From Octopus sinensis (Eukaryota), in contig NW_021836317.1 of assembly GCF_006345805.1 (NCBI RefSeq), forward strand, positions 3,290 through 67,289: a DNA stretch of 64,000 nt, read 5' to 3'. The position numbers and the translations under genes are program-made. Under the pieces are notes generated by a model. It worked only from the letters and a program-made list of their open reading frames with translations. It made no database searches and was not told where the DNA came from. Positions 38,677 to 51,218 of this stretch are shown piece after piece (the first letter of the stretch is position 1; every line of letters begins with the position of its first letter).

Positions 38677-38736
<60 letters not shown>

Positions 38737-38783
38737 TTATCTATATATCTCTCTATCTCTCTATCTCTCTCTCTATCTATTTC

Positions 38784-38821
<38 letters not shown>

Positions 38822-38869
38822 CATTCTTATCTATCTATCTGACTGTCTGCCTATGTATCTGTCTGGCTG

Positions 38870-38946
<77 letters not shown>

Positions 38947-38997
38947 ATCTATCTATCTATCTATCTGCCCATTCATATAATCTAGAAATATGAAGAT

Positions 38998-39040
<43 letters not shown>

Positions 39041-39046
39041 ATATAT

Positions 39047-39129
<83 letters not shown>

Positions 39130-39130
39130 G
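38677..39130. repeat. (TATC)n followed by (TA)n microsatellite
   Basis: Direct reading. Confidence 0.95.
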
Positions 39131-39648
39131 TATATATAAAATCTATAGCATAATACATAATATATTATATATTTATGTGTGTGTATATGCATATATACGA
39201 AGACACATATGTTATACACACCTATATACGTTTGGTTGGTATGTGTATATATTAGTGATTTTTGCTAATAATAGTTCACTGCATATGGCCATCACCCACG
39301 ATGTGAAAGTTCTGGAATACAGGCTATGAATGAATTCGCAAAACGTCAACTTCCCAGCTTCAAAGAGGTACTTTCTACAGTTAGTTATTACCTTATATCA
39401 TACAACTGCCTTGCTCCAGCGTGTGCCATAACTAAAGATCATGTGTTGCCTTACATCGCAGAACCCTGAAACACTCCAGATATCCACTGTCAGCTCCTGC
39501 CATTCGTTTCAACCATTAGCTTTATAGGTATCACAATTACTACGTTTCAAACTGGAAAATAAGTGCGGGGCGACTTTTTTTACTTGAGAGTGAATTTGGT
39601 CGACGAAATCTGCATGCATAACCGTCTTCTATCTATATATCTGTCTAT

Positions 39649-39785
39649 CCATGATAGATCGTCAGCCATTACACATTCTTTATTTTCTGTCCTTGTTTCT
39701 TTCTGTGTTTCTTTCTGTGGAAGAGCGTAGGCTCGAAATGTTAACGACTTTTACACCACACGAGCGTTAATCTAATACATCTTTG
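39649..39785 (+). mobile_element. Short element D, copy 2
   Basis: ccatgatagatcgtcagccattacacattc...tctttctgtggaagagcgtaggctcgaaatgttaacgac...gagcgttaatctaatacatct. Confidence 0.7.
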
Positions 39786-39789
39786 TATT

Positions 39790-40140
39790 AGGCAACATAT
39801 ATGACTCAAGGAAGAGGACTTGTTAAGTTCAGTAATTTATCTTCCTTGCTTCCCGCTCTTGCATGATGAAACTGGGGTCATGCCACATTAGCGATCCAAG
39901 CGATATCATTATGCGTAGAAGCGACCATATCCACCAGTGATCTCCATCGCTGCCAGTCCCGTACCAGCCCCCCTGTATCCTCCAAGACAACGATGAGTCT
40001 CTCGAGATATTTCCCAATTAAGTCAACCTCTCTGATGCGGTGGCTACCACATGGCCTCTTCCATCCCGAAATTGCTGTATCGAATGAGTATAAAACCTGG
40101 TGGGGTAGTCTAGCGGGAGATGGAGGACATGTCTTTACCA
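39790..40140 (-). pseudogene. RTE-clade LINE 3' remnant
   Basis: GWKRPCGSHRIREVDLIGKYLERLIVVLEDTGGLVRDWQRWRSLV resembles the GWKRPRGRP...DRxxWRSLV C-terminus. Confidence 0.7.
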
Positions 40141-40799
40141 CTGCATGCGACGTATACCTCGAATAATAATTATTTGAACGTTACTAGCATATAAGGCTGA
40201 TCGTACTTTGGTGAATATGCATGTAGGGCAATATTACTGCTTACCCTGCAAAATATTGTGATATGATAGATTTTTTACATATCCATGTACTAACATACGG
40301 AATACTATATTTGATAGCGTATTTCTTAATGGAATATAGAAATGAGAATTTGGTTACAGCTTCACAGTGTGTGACCCTTTCATTTTTATGATATAATGAG
40401 TAATTAAAGAATGAATCGGGTCCTATGTTCCCTTTCCTTAGATAATGGTGAGCACAGTCACTTAACCATTAAGCTACGTGCTTTCTCTTTTATAAATGTT
40501 TGTGAGTAAACAAACACATATTTTTAAAAATCTACTCGAAAGAGTAATTTGTAGTAGGGCTAAATAATTGCGACTGCAATATGGCTTCTAGTAAATTGCT
40601 TGTCCTACGAGAATCAAGGACTCCATTTATTATTTAATTAGGCAAAATTTATAATTAGATAATGTAATTCAATATTTTAAAGAAAATATGTTGTATATTG
40701 TTGCTCATAAGTATTCTGGGCATTTTTTGACCTCAAGGTAATCAACAAAAGATATAGATTTAAAATTTGGTTATTTCAATATAACAATGTCTCAATATT

Positions 40800-41192
40800 C
40801 TTTTCTATTATAAGCACTAGGCCTGAATTTTTTTTATTTTTTTTTTTGAGGTGGGGGGTAACTAGTTTCACTGGTACTTATTTTACAGGCCCCGAAAGGA
40901 TTAAGGGTAAAATGGACCTCAGCAGAAATTGAACTCAGAATATAGAGACGGGCGAAATACCTGTTTCTTTACTACCCACAAGGGGCTAAACACAGAAAGG
41001 ACAAACAAGGACAGACAAACGGATTAAATCGAGTTTATCGACCCCAATGCGTTACTGGTACTTATTTAATCGAACCCGAAATGATGAAAGGCAAAGTCGA
41101 CTTCGGCGGAATTTGAACACAGAACGTAGCGGTAGACAAAATACCGCTAAGCATTTTGCCTAACGCGCAAACGATTCCGCCAGCTCGCGGCT
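40800..41192 (-). mobile_element. SINE family B dimer (tail 1 unit then tail 2 unit)
   Basis: Head at 41140-41192, junction gaaatacc|tgtttcttt at about 40961, alternative tail at 40800-40865. Confidence 0.88.
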
Positions 41193-42014
41193 TTATCTTA
41201 ATATTGTTTATAAAGAAATGTGGCGTTCCAGAAATCTATTATTATTTAGCATTAAAGATTGATGGGAATTGTTCAACTTAATGGTAAATTACTACGCCAG
41301 TACCTGAAGGGTACAGGATCGGCTCCCGTATTCGTCTCCGGGTAACTTCCTTTTTTTACCGAATTATAAATTACCCAATCTGCCTGTTATTGTCAAACTA
41401 TACTGCGTTCGAAATCTACTTTCTCGTCTGTAAAATGTCTTATGTATTATGTTTTAATTCATGCTGATTTGAAACTGTGTTGCCTGAATTTCAGTTATAT
41501 GTGGTGGGTGTCTATCCGTAAGTTTGTGAGCGTTTGCGTATGTGTGAGTCAATGGAAAGTTATGCATAAATACGGAATGCAAGTGAGACATATTTCTGGG
41601 AAAGCGTTCTTTGCTGTGAAAAGCTGTGATATGTAAATGCTGCGTCCGATCTTATGGATACATTTAATGAAACGTGAGGAAATCAAAAGGGTTCTGACCT
41701 TTTGAAGCATTTGATTAAGCGTGTTTCCAAGGAAACACGCTTTCTCTCTCGCTGATTTAATCAAATATTCAAATATGTGAAAATGCTCAGTGATTGACCT
41801 TTTGAAATATTCGTCTGTAGATAGGAATGAATGGGAGGTTATATTTTAATATTTACTTCAAACGGCTGTAGTTTGGCACAGTGGTACGGCACTCGGTAAA
41901 ATGCATTTCTGTATGATAGTTCTTATAGCTTCCCGGACGAATCTATATCTCGGTAATCGATAAAATAGAATAACAGGCAAAAGTTCCGGTTCAATTTCTT
42001 ATTTACAACATGCA

Positions 42015-42375
42015 TCAAACAGGATCAGGGATGAAATTAGAGGCAGACGCTGGAACTGTGTCGGACTCGTCCTCCGACACGAACGAGAAAGCGATTGTAG
42101 GGTGGCACTAAAGGGACAGCCTGAGGTGGAATGAGCATCAGAGCGCTAGGAAAGCACGTGACGAAGGACCATTTACAGGAGAAGGAGACGCAGAACCTGG
42201 GGAATTTAGACTGAGACTAGAACAGGGGGGAGAAAACAGAGATAGTTCGGGAGATCATGTTGAGGCTTTATGTGGATCAAGTTACAAAGAGAAAAAAACG
42301 AACGAACAATCGAACTAATTAACTAACTAATTAACAAAGTTACTAGATAACTAACTGACTAACTTACTAACTACA
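42015..42375 (+). pseudogene. RTE-clade LINE 3' remnant with (AACT)n tail
   Basis: IRDEIRGRRWNCVGLVLRHERESDCRVALKGQPE...RRTI...ENRDSSGDHVEALC in one frame with stops. Confidence 0.85.
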
Positions 42376-43105
42376 CACATGCAAACTAATACATATAGTA
42401 TTTACGCAGGGGTGACAAACAAATAGCAACTACCTATTACTTTCGGAAGTTGAATATTTTCAAGTAATAATAGGTTATGAACCTATATACACACCCATAT
42501 TTTCTTTGACAAACTAGTCCTTTATTTCTCTTGATACGTATACATCTACATATATACATGTTATGTTGCTTCGTCTTAAGACTGTCGACAGTATATTGTG
42601 ATGTAATAAATCTACCAAAATACTTATGCATCGTCGAGCCTCGAGAAACAGCGGTTGGGTTTAAAACACCTTCCTTTCAACAATTTAATTTTCTCTGCCG
42701 TTTGTTATATGTTAGTTGGAACCATTAATATTAATATTTATATATTTATACATAAAAATTCATCATCTGGAAGATTTCAGCGTTTGATTCCCCTCATTTT
42801 GAATATATACATATGTAAATACTTTGCGTTTGATGTTTAATATATTTAATATATTTCAGGTGTCTAATTTGTTTTATCTGCTCAATTGCCTCTATAAAAC
42901 CTCAACTGGGTCTCTCTCTCATGGCCTTTCTTTAGCTTGGGGAATGATTCCCTGTAAAATCATCGGAATCTTGAAGTTTGAATATTTTGAGCACAACAAA
43001 GTGTCTCCCATACGAAGAATGTCCGCATCTCATCAGTGAAATACACACACAAAAACACACGTACACACAATATATGTGTGTGTCTGTGTATATGTAATAT
43101 ATAGT

Positions 43106-43143
<38 letters not shown>

Positions 43144-43254
43144 ATATAATATATATATATATATATATACACATATATATATCAACGTGATCACCGTGAC
43201 CGACCAGGCTATCAGATGTTGCTACACATCGCTGGTCACAATGGCATATATGTA

Positions 43255-43380
43255 TAGAATAAGTATTGGCTTACAAAGAATGAGTCCCGGGGTCAGTTTG
43301 CTCGACTAAAGGCGGAGCTCCAGCATGGCCGCAGCCAAATGACTGAAACAAGTAAAAAGAGTAAAAAAGAGTAAAGAGTA
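43255..43380 (+). mobile_element. SINE family A 3' fragment
   Basis: tagaataagtattggcttacaaagaatg...gaaacaagtaaaaagagtaaa. Confidence 0.85.
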
Positions 43381-43429
43381 TATGCTTATATATATATATA
43401 TATAGTTATATAAAATATATCTATATATA

Positions 43430-43815
43430 AATAAATATAGGGATGGTATTATTAAAATACCATCACGAGTGGCAAGCGAATTATATATATAAAATATATA
43501 CATAGAATTCTAGATGTGTACATATATACACAAGGGCACTACATCAGCACCTAAATCGCTAAAAAATAGAAATCAAAAATAATTTGGCACTAAATTTCGA
43601 AACCGGTACCACGTTGGCCAGCTTCTTCAGATCCAGTAGAGGTAAGATGTTATTATTGTTCACTGAATTTTTTTCCTATCATATCTGTAGCATATTTGAG
43701 ACTATTCGGTGGTACAGAAGTATTTTTTACTTCTATCATTAGCGATATAGGTACTCATGTAGTGCCCTTGTGTATATATGTATATATCAAATATTCTATG
43801 TATATATTTTAGACA
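43430..43815 (-). mobile_element. PLE-like fold-back element with degenerate hammerhead (43585-43635)
   Basis: Arms about 43490-43581 and 43721-43811, tail on the left. The minus strand of the spacer reads CUGAAGA-AGCUGG..CCGGUU-UC-GAAA-UUUA-GUGCCA. Confidence 0.65.
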
Positions 43816-43858
43816 TATAAATAGAAGTGTTCATAAATGGCTATGCTCATATATAACC

Positions 43859-44255
43859 GTGGCTGTGTGGTAAGTAGCTTGTTTACCAACCACATGGTTC
43901 CGGGTTCAGTCCCACTGCGTGGCACCTTGGGCAAGTGTCTTCTACTATAGCTTCGGGCCGACCAAAGCCTTGTGAGTGGATTTGGTAGATGGAAACTGAA
44001 AGAAGCCCGTCGTATATATGTATATATATATATGTATGTGTGTCTGTGTTTGTCCCCCTAGCATTGCTTGACAACCGATGCTGGTGTGTTCATGTCCGCG
44101 TTACTTGGCGGTTCGGCAAAAGAGACCGATAGAATAAGTACTGGGCTTACAAAAGAATAAGTCCCGGGGTCGAGTTGCTCGATTAAAGGCGATGCTCCAG
44201 CATGGCCGCAGTCAAATGTCTGAAACAAGTAAAAAGAGTAAAACGAGAAAGAGTA
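43859..44255 (+). mobile_element. SINE family A, full length
   Basis: Near-identical to 22503-22908. Confidence 0.92.
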
Positions 44256-44752
44256 TATATGGACATAGATATGTTTATATATCACCGTTATGTATATAAA
44301 TATTGTGTATAAACTGACTGTTGGAGCTAAATTTTGAAGACTTTTATCTACATAGAAAACAATGATGTATAAAAATACATTAGATTTGTTCACACACGCA
44401 CATATCCAAATATCTGTACGTTGTTATTGCATCAGATATCTATTTTATGATGTCCCAATATTCTCGTGTCACATGCTGAAAATCTTTGCAATAAAACAAG
44501 AAAAATAAAAGCAAAATGAGCAGCCAAAGAAAACCTTTGTATACGGCAAGTCCTAAAAGGCATTAAACTCGCCAGAGCGTAACTCGTATCTCTGATGACC
44601 ATTGGTCTTCTATCATTAACTGAAAAGAAATGACACTGCAGCTCTCTCGCCAATATATTTCTATTCATTGTCTCATATCTACCGTTCCTTATGTTGTGGC
44701 GGAGGAAGAAATGGGCAGTATAAAGGTATGTCTATAAATAGGATGTGTGTAT

Positions 44753-44785
<33 letters not shown>

Positions 44786-44858
44786 TAGATATATATTATA
44801 TATATATATGTACATGCATGCATATATATATATATGTATATATGTATATATACATATA

Positions 44859-44908
<50 letters not shown>

Positions 44909-44934
44909 AATATATAATATATATATATATATTA

Positions 44935-44969
<35 letters not shown>

Positions 44970-44971
<2 letters not shown>

Positions 44972-45315
44972 GTCCCTGCCCAATTCAAGATCACAGCATA
45001 CATGTACATGCAACATAATTTCTTTTCCTCACAGGCCCTGCCCTATTTAACATTGTTCCGAAAGAGATCAAAGAGGAACAGGATCCCATTAACTTTAAAC
45101 GGAATCTGGATAGATTCCTTCAAAGAATACCAGATAAGCCACCCATAATTGGATACAACTCACCCAACAAAAACTCACTACTTGAATGGACCATAAGCAA
45201 AACTTGACTTAAACAGAGGATTCGAATAATCCTATCAGGTGGTGTTATTAAGTTAGACATGGCCTGGAACAATCATTGGTCGAAGCACATCTAAGTTTAT
45301 CTAGTTTACCTAAGT
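44970..45315 (+). pseudogene. CR1-group LINE 3' end (second family)
   Basis: 45034-45207 reads [57 protein letters not shown]. The 3' UTR ends in ctaagttta-like repeats. Confidence 0.8.
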
Positions 45316-45319
45316 ATAA

Positions 45320-45412
<93 letters not shown>

Positions 45413-45477
45413 ATATACATATATTTATATACATATACATACATACATGCATATAAGCTTCTCTATCTATCTATAGT

Positions 45478-45646
45478 GAAGGCACGTGGCTTAGTGGTTT
45501 GAGCAATCGGCTCATAATCGTAAAGTCGTGAGTTCAATTCCAGGCAAAGCATTGTGTCCTTGAGCAAGACATCATATTTTACCCAGTCCGCTCAGCTGGC
45601 AGAAATGAGTAGTACCTGTATTAGAAAGGGCCAGCCATGTCACAGA
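45478..45646 (+). mobile_element. SINE family C 5' part
   Basis: tggcttagtgg (A box), gagttcaattcc (B box) and tgtgtccttgagcaagaca core. Truncated at the palindromic junction. Confidence 0.85.
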
Positions 45647-45878
45647 TTGTGACAAGGCTGACCCTTTCAAATACAGGTACGGCAGAAACAGGAAGAAAGA
45701 GAGAGAGAGAGAAATTTGTGGTGAAATACCACAGGAGAGATCGTCACCAACCCCTGCCGGAGCTTCGCGGAGCTTTATGTATTTTCGCTCAATAAACACT
45801 AATAACGCCCGGTCTGGGAATCGAAACCGATATCCTATGACCGCGGGTCCACTGCCCTAATCACTGGGCCATTGCACT
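45647..45878 (-). mobile_element. OR-like SINE 5' part, fused tail-to-tail with the previous element
   Basis: Minus strand tggcccagtgattagggcagtggac..ggtttcgattcccagaccgggc. Homologous to 62155. Confidence 0.85.
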
Positions 45879-45892
45879 TACACTGTATGTAC

Positions 45893-45949
<57 letters not shown>

Positions 45950-45999
45950 TGTATGTATGAATCTATATATATTATATATATATATATGATGTATGAATC

Positions 46000-46044
<45 letters not shown>

Positions 46045-46206
46045 AAATATATATATATATAATATATATATGCATATATGTATATAAGTATGTATGAGTG
46101 TATATATAATATATATATATTTATATAAATTTATATATGTCTACATCCATCTATTCATCTATTCATCTCACTCTTTCTCTTTATATATACATATATATAA
46201 ATATAT

Positions 46207-46237
<31 letters not shown>

Positions 46238-46290
46238 TTTATATATATATATATATAATATATATATATATAATTATATATATATTATAT

Positions 46291-46365
<75 letters not shown>

Positions 46366-46466
46366 GTATATAGATAGATGCGCATACATAGAAAGTTACG
46401 TCATGTGTGTACATGCGCATATATACGTCTGACAACAGTTTCTTTTTGAACACAAGGCTATGTATA

Positions 46467-46508
<42 letters not shown>

Positions 46509-46887
46509 CTCGTTCCTACATAGAAACCAACATTCAGCAGCCTCTATCACTAATATCCCAACAACAATGAGAGGAGATCACGAATTTTCATCAATGGGAT
46601 GTCAATCAATTTAACCGATTGGTGTGAAAAAGGTTTTTACATCTTTTGATCATCCATAGCAATTCCCAAGGAACCGGAAAAAGGACATATCATGCCATCT
46701 ATGTAAATTCCTCATGAATGCAACAGATGAAAGCAATTTCCAAAATGCTGTTCAACCAAATTATCCTTCTTGATATTTCATGATGACGTTGTGGAAAAAT
46801 TTTGGCTTTTGGCTTTTTTGGTCCTAATAAGAATTATGTGTGTCTCTATGTGTTCGTGTATGCATACACATACACACACATACACCC

Positions 46888-46927
<40 letters not shown>

Positions 46928-47034
46928 ACACATGTGTGTGTGTCTGAGTATATATATATACATATACATATATATATCCACACACATATATAGATATATA
47001 TACACATACATGCATCTATATAAATATAAGTATC

Positions 47035-47065
<31 letters not shown>

Positions 47066-47100
47066 TATATATATATATATATATATACATATATATATAA

Positions 47101-47131
<31 letters not shown>

Positions 47132-48360
47132 CATATGTACATATTAATATATATTTATATTCACACAAACATAAATACCCAGTGAAGACAGTAGGTGTTG
47201 ATGTTATAACTCCTGTCTTGGAAGACGCGAAGAAGCCACGCCGCCATGACTCATGGCTCTTCCCAATCTCGCCTTGTTTGTCCTGTCATTTATTATTCTT
47301 ATTATCTTTAACTTCTTTTTGTATATATTTCCCTTCTCTGCAGTACTGTAGATCATTCGGCATTGTCTAATTCATTCTGTGTAGTTCTTTGTACCTTTTT
47401 TGTCCGAAGACAAGTTTTCTGACAAGGAAATACAATATATATTAATGATTATCTCAAATCAGACAAGTGTAACAAACCAATATTTCAAAGCTATTTGCCA
47501 TTTGACATTTGCTGATGAACAACTCATCAAATATATTAGAGTTATTTTCCAAATGGGTTCCTACTCGTGTTTTCTTCTTACTTCTTATAGAATTATGGGA
47601 CTTTTTTACAGTTATATACACGTATTTTCTAACTTATAAGAATGTACGCATGCATGTATAATATATACATATATATATATATGTATATAGAAATATATAT
47701 ATATATATATATGTGTGTGTATATAAATATACATATATACATATATATACATATATATATATACATATACATACACACTCGTAAACACACTCCAACAAAC
47801 ACAGACGCAAACACACACATATGTATATATAAGCATAGATACATACACACACACGCATATACATATATACGTGGACATATATCTATAAATAAATATAGAT
47901 ATGCATATATTTATATATATAATATATATATATTATATATATATATATATATATGAGTAGATAGACAGATAGATATACATATGTATATAATATAAACAAT
48001 ATATATATATATATAATATATATGCATATATACATATGTATATGTGCATACATAAATACGTACATATGTGGGCACAGGACGTCATGAAACTTGTACAACG
48101 AAGACGTACGAAGCACGGGTACGTGGAACATGAATTATTCTTTCGAACAACGAATGACACGCAAAACAAACAGCATAAAGAACGACCCTTCCATAGTTGT
48201 TGGCAGTTTGCTCGAAATACGAGACTCGTTTTATATGATTGAACGCCACACGTCCTCTTCCAAGTAAGTTTTATCTACCCCCCTCTCTGTCTCTACAAGT
48301 ACACACACATACGTATAGATATAGAATACTTATACGTATACATATATATATATATATATA

Positions 48361-48633
48361 TTTAAATAATGAGGGAGATAAATTAATATTAATTTTAATA
48401 TCAATTTAAAACCAGTAGTCCAGCATACAAAAATCTGAGAAGTCAGAGAAAATTCTAATACATGTGTATATTGGCAGGGCTTACTGCTAGGAAGTCGGCC
48501 GTATGCTAGAAACAGATCATCAACGATCAAACTACAAGGAAAATCTCTAGAGGAAAAATTCCTTGTAGTTTGATCGTTGATGATCTGTTTCTAGCATACG
48601 ACCGACTTCCTAGCAGTAAGCCCTGCCAATATA
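48361..48633 (-). mobile_element. Young PLE-like fold-back element in (TA)n
   Basis: 75-bp arms 48467-48541 and 48559-48633 with one mismatch and a 17-nt loop. Left tail begins taatgagggag. Confidence 0.75.
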
Positions 48634-48789
48634 TATATATATATATATGGTGGAGGATAGAGAGAGAGAAAGAGTATTAGTCTTCCATATCCATGCTGTA
48701 TAACTGCAATAGATCACCAGAAAAATAGTCAAATTAGGAAGCTAATACAAACAGAATTCAGCACTAAATCAACCAGGAACTGAAATGAA

Positions 48790-48847
<58 letters not shown>

Positions 48848-48862
48848 TAATAATAATAATAA
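48790..48862. repeat. (AAT)n microsatellite
   Basis: Direct reading. Confidence 0.95.
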
Positions 48863-49150
48863 TAAATAAAATAAAAGAAAATGTAAAAAATCCAACAAAT
48901 ACGTATACAAAGTAATATCGTAAATAAAAGAAAAATATATTCAAATATGGTATTAACAGTTAAAATTGTGTGAATACGCAGAGTATTTGGATTACGTCTA
49001 TTTAATGAATGCATCAATTTCAAAATTAGTTTTGCCACATTCAGTTTGTATATACTTTACTCATTTGGAGTTTACATATTCATATGTATGTATATGCGCA
49101 TGTATACATATGTATATTTATATATGTATATATATATATATATATATCTA

Positions 49151-49267
<117 letters not shown>

Positions 49268-49396
49268 GTATGAGTGCATGTGGTGTGGTCTGTGTATGTG
49301 TGCATATATAAATATATTTGCGCTATTACGTATACATTTACAATCAGATGTACGCAGAAGAAGGCAAGCCCACACGTATATGTACATATACATACA

Positions 49397-49429
<33 letters not shown>

Positions 49430-49474
49430 GCGTATATACATGCCCACACACGCACAGAGACATATATATAAGCA

Positions 49475-49625
49475 TAAGAGTGGCTGTGTGGTAAGTAGCT
49501 AGCATGTCAATAACACAGATTCGGGTTCAGTCCACTGGGTGTCACCTTGTGCCTGTGTCTTCTACTACAGCCTCACCAGCCGGAAGCCTTGTGAGTGGAT
49601 TTCGAAGATGGAAACTGAATGAAAC
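49475..49625 (+). mobile_element. SINE family A 5' half
   Basis: gagtggctgtgtggtaagtagc...gccttgtgagtggatttcgaagatggaaactgaa. Confidence 0.85.
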
Positions 49626-50551
49626 CCCTGGGTCTAAAGTGCAGCAACATTCTTCTTTTTACTGGGACTCGTACATTAAGTTGGCAACAAACCATCTCTA
49701 AATATATATATATAATATATATCTATATATATATAATTATATATATATTATATATATATATATAGATATAATATATTTATATATGTATATATATATATAT
49801 ATACAAATGTATAAACATACATATATACACGCATGCACATTTATAGACACATGGTTGTGGTATAAGTATAGAAACACACACGTACCCACACTCGGGCGTA
49901 CACTCGATACACGGATGTCCACCCATTACTCATTGACTAATTTCTAATTCTCCATCAGGTACAGCATACATCTCATTAAGCTGTATGTCACCGGGGTCAG
50001 ACATTCCTCATATCTTCATCCTATCTCTACTCCTCCACATCACCAAAATCATAATCACCATCATCGCCATTATTGCATCTAACACCACCAACAACAAAAA
50101 AAAACAGTTTTATCAAAATTTTTGTTGATTTTTTCGAAATTTTATTACTTTTCTTTTTGTTGGTTATACATTTATTTATTATTACTTTATTTACTTATTT
50201 GTTTATTAATATGGTTTTTCTTGTTTCTTCTGCGCAGAAAAATTTAAAAATTATAGTGTCATTATAAATATGCTATCGATGGATTGGTAAAATGAAACAA
50301 AGTTCATCTAATAAGTTAAACAGGTTTGCGAAGAGCATTTCGGAATTAGACGGGGCGAGAAATTGGATTGCTCTTCAAAAAAAAAAAAATAATAATAATA
50401 ATAATAATAAAAGATGAATAAATAAAATATGTATATATATATGTTATATTTCCAACGAACTGAACGTTATCATATCATTAAGTTTATAAAAATGGATATA
50501 TGTTTAATATGTGCGTCTTAGATTTGAATATGAAGAATCAGCTTCTGAAAC

Positions 50552-50712
50552 TAGTGCTCCATTGGTTCTCGACGTCGAAGGTTCTGGTTTATCCGATCAA
50601 CGGAACAACCTCCTCGTAGAATTCGTGAGCGCTACAGACATTCGTAGAGGTTTTAACGTAGTTATCAGAGAGATTCTGTGCGACACAGAATGTGACAATA
50701 CTGACATGTTTT
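50552..50712 (-). mobile_element. SINE family C tail fragment
   Basis: tccgatcaacggaacaacctcctcgt...gacacagaatgtgacaa, homologous to 20175-20325. Confidence 0.7.
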
Positions 50713-50714
50713 AA

Positions 50715-51080
50715 AGGCGGCGAGCTGGCAGAATTTCGTCTGTCGCTAAGTTTTGAGTTCAAATTTCGCTGAGGTCGACTTTACATTTCATCCTTTCTGG
50801 GTCAATAAATTAAGTACCAGTTACGCACTGGGGTCTATATAATCAACTTAATCCGTTTGTCTGTCCTTGCTTGTCCTCTCTGTGTTTAGCCCATTGTGGG
50901 TAGCAAAAAAATAGGTATTTCGTCTGATTTTACGTTATGAGTTCGAATGTTGCCGAGGTCGACTTTGCCATTCATCCTTTCGGGGTCGACAGATTAAATA
51001 CCAGCTGCATACTGCGGTCGAGCTAATCAAGTGGGCCCCTCCGCAAAAATTTCAGTTCTTGTGCCTAGTCTAGAAAAGTA
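50715..51080 (+). mobile_element. SINE family B dimer (tail 1 unit then tail 2 unit)
   Basis: Junction aaaatag|gtatttcgtctg at about 50914. The second unit ends ttgtgcctagtctagaaaag. Confidence 0.9.
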
Positions 51081-51171
51081 TATATATATATAGTTGGAAG
51101 TTACAAAAAAACAAGAAAGGTGTGTAAACAACAAACAGTTGCATTGGTTTAATACATATTAGTTGATTATA

Positions 51172-51218
<47 letters not shown>

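Noticed and set aside
43005-43040. Minus-strand CUGAUGA (similar isolated hits at 12727 and 47513)
   Set aside because: No correctly placed GAAA or closing stems.
45478-45545. tRNA gene calls for SINE heads (also 62155, 22503)
   Set aside because: A and B boxes are present but there is no complete acceptor stem, and each continues into a SINE body.
46560-46800. Possible exon or RTE remnant
   Set aside because: Similarity to RT motifs is too weak to call by eye, and no open spliceable frame was seen.
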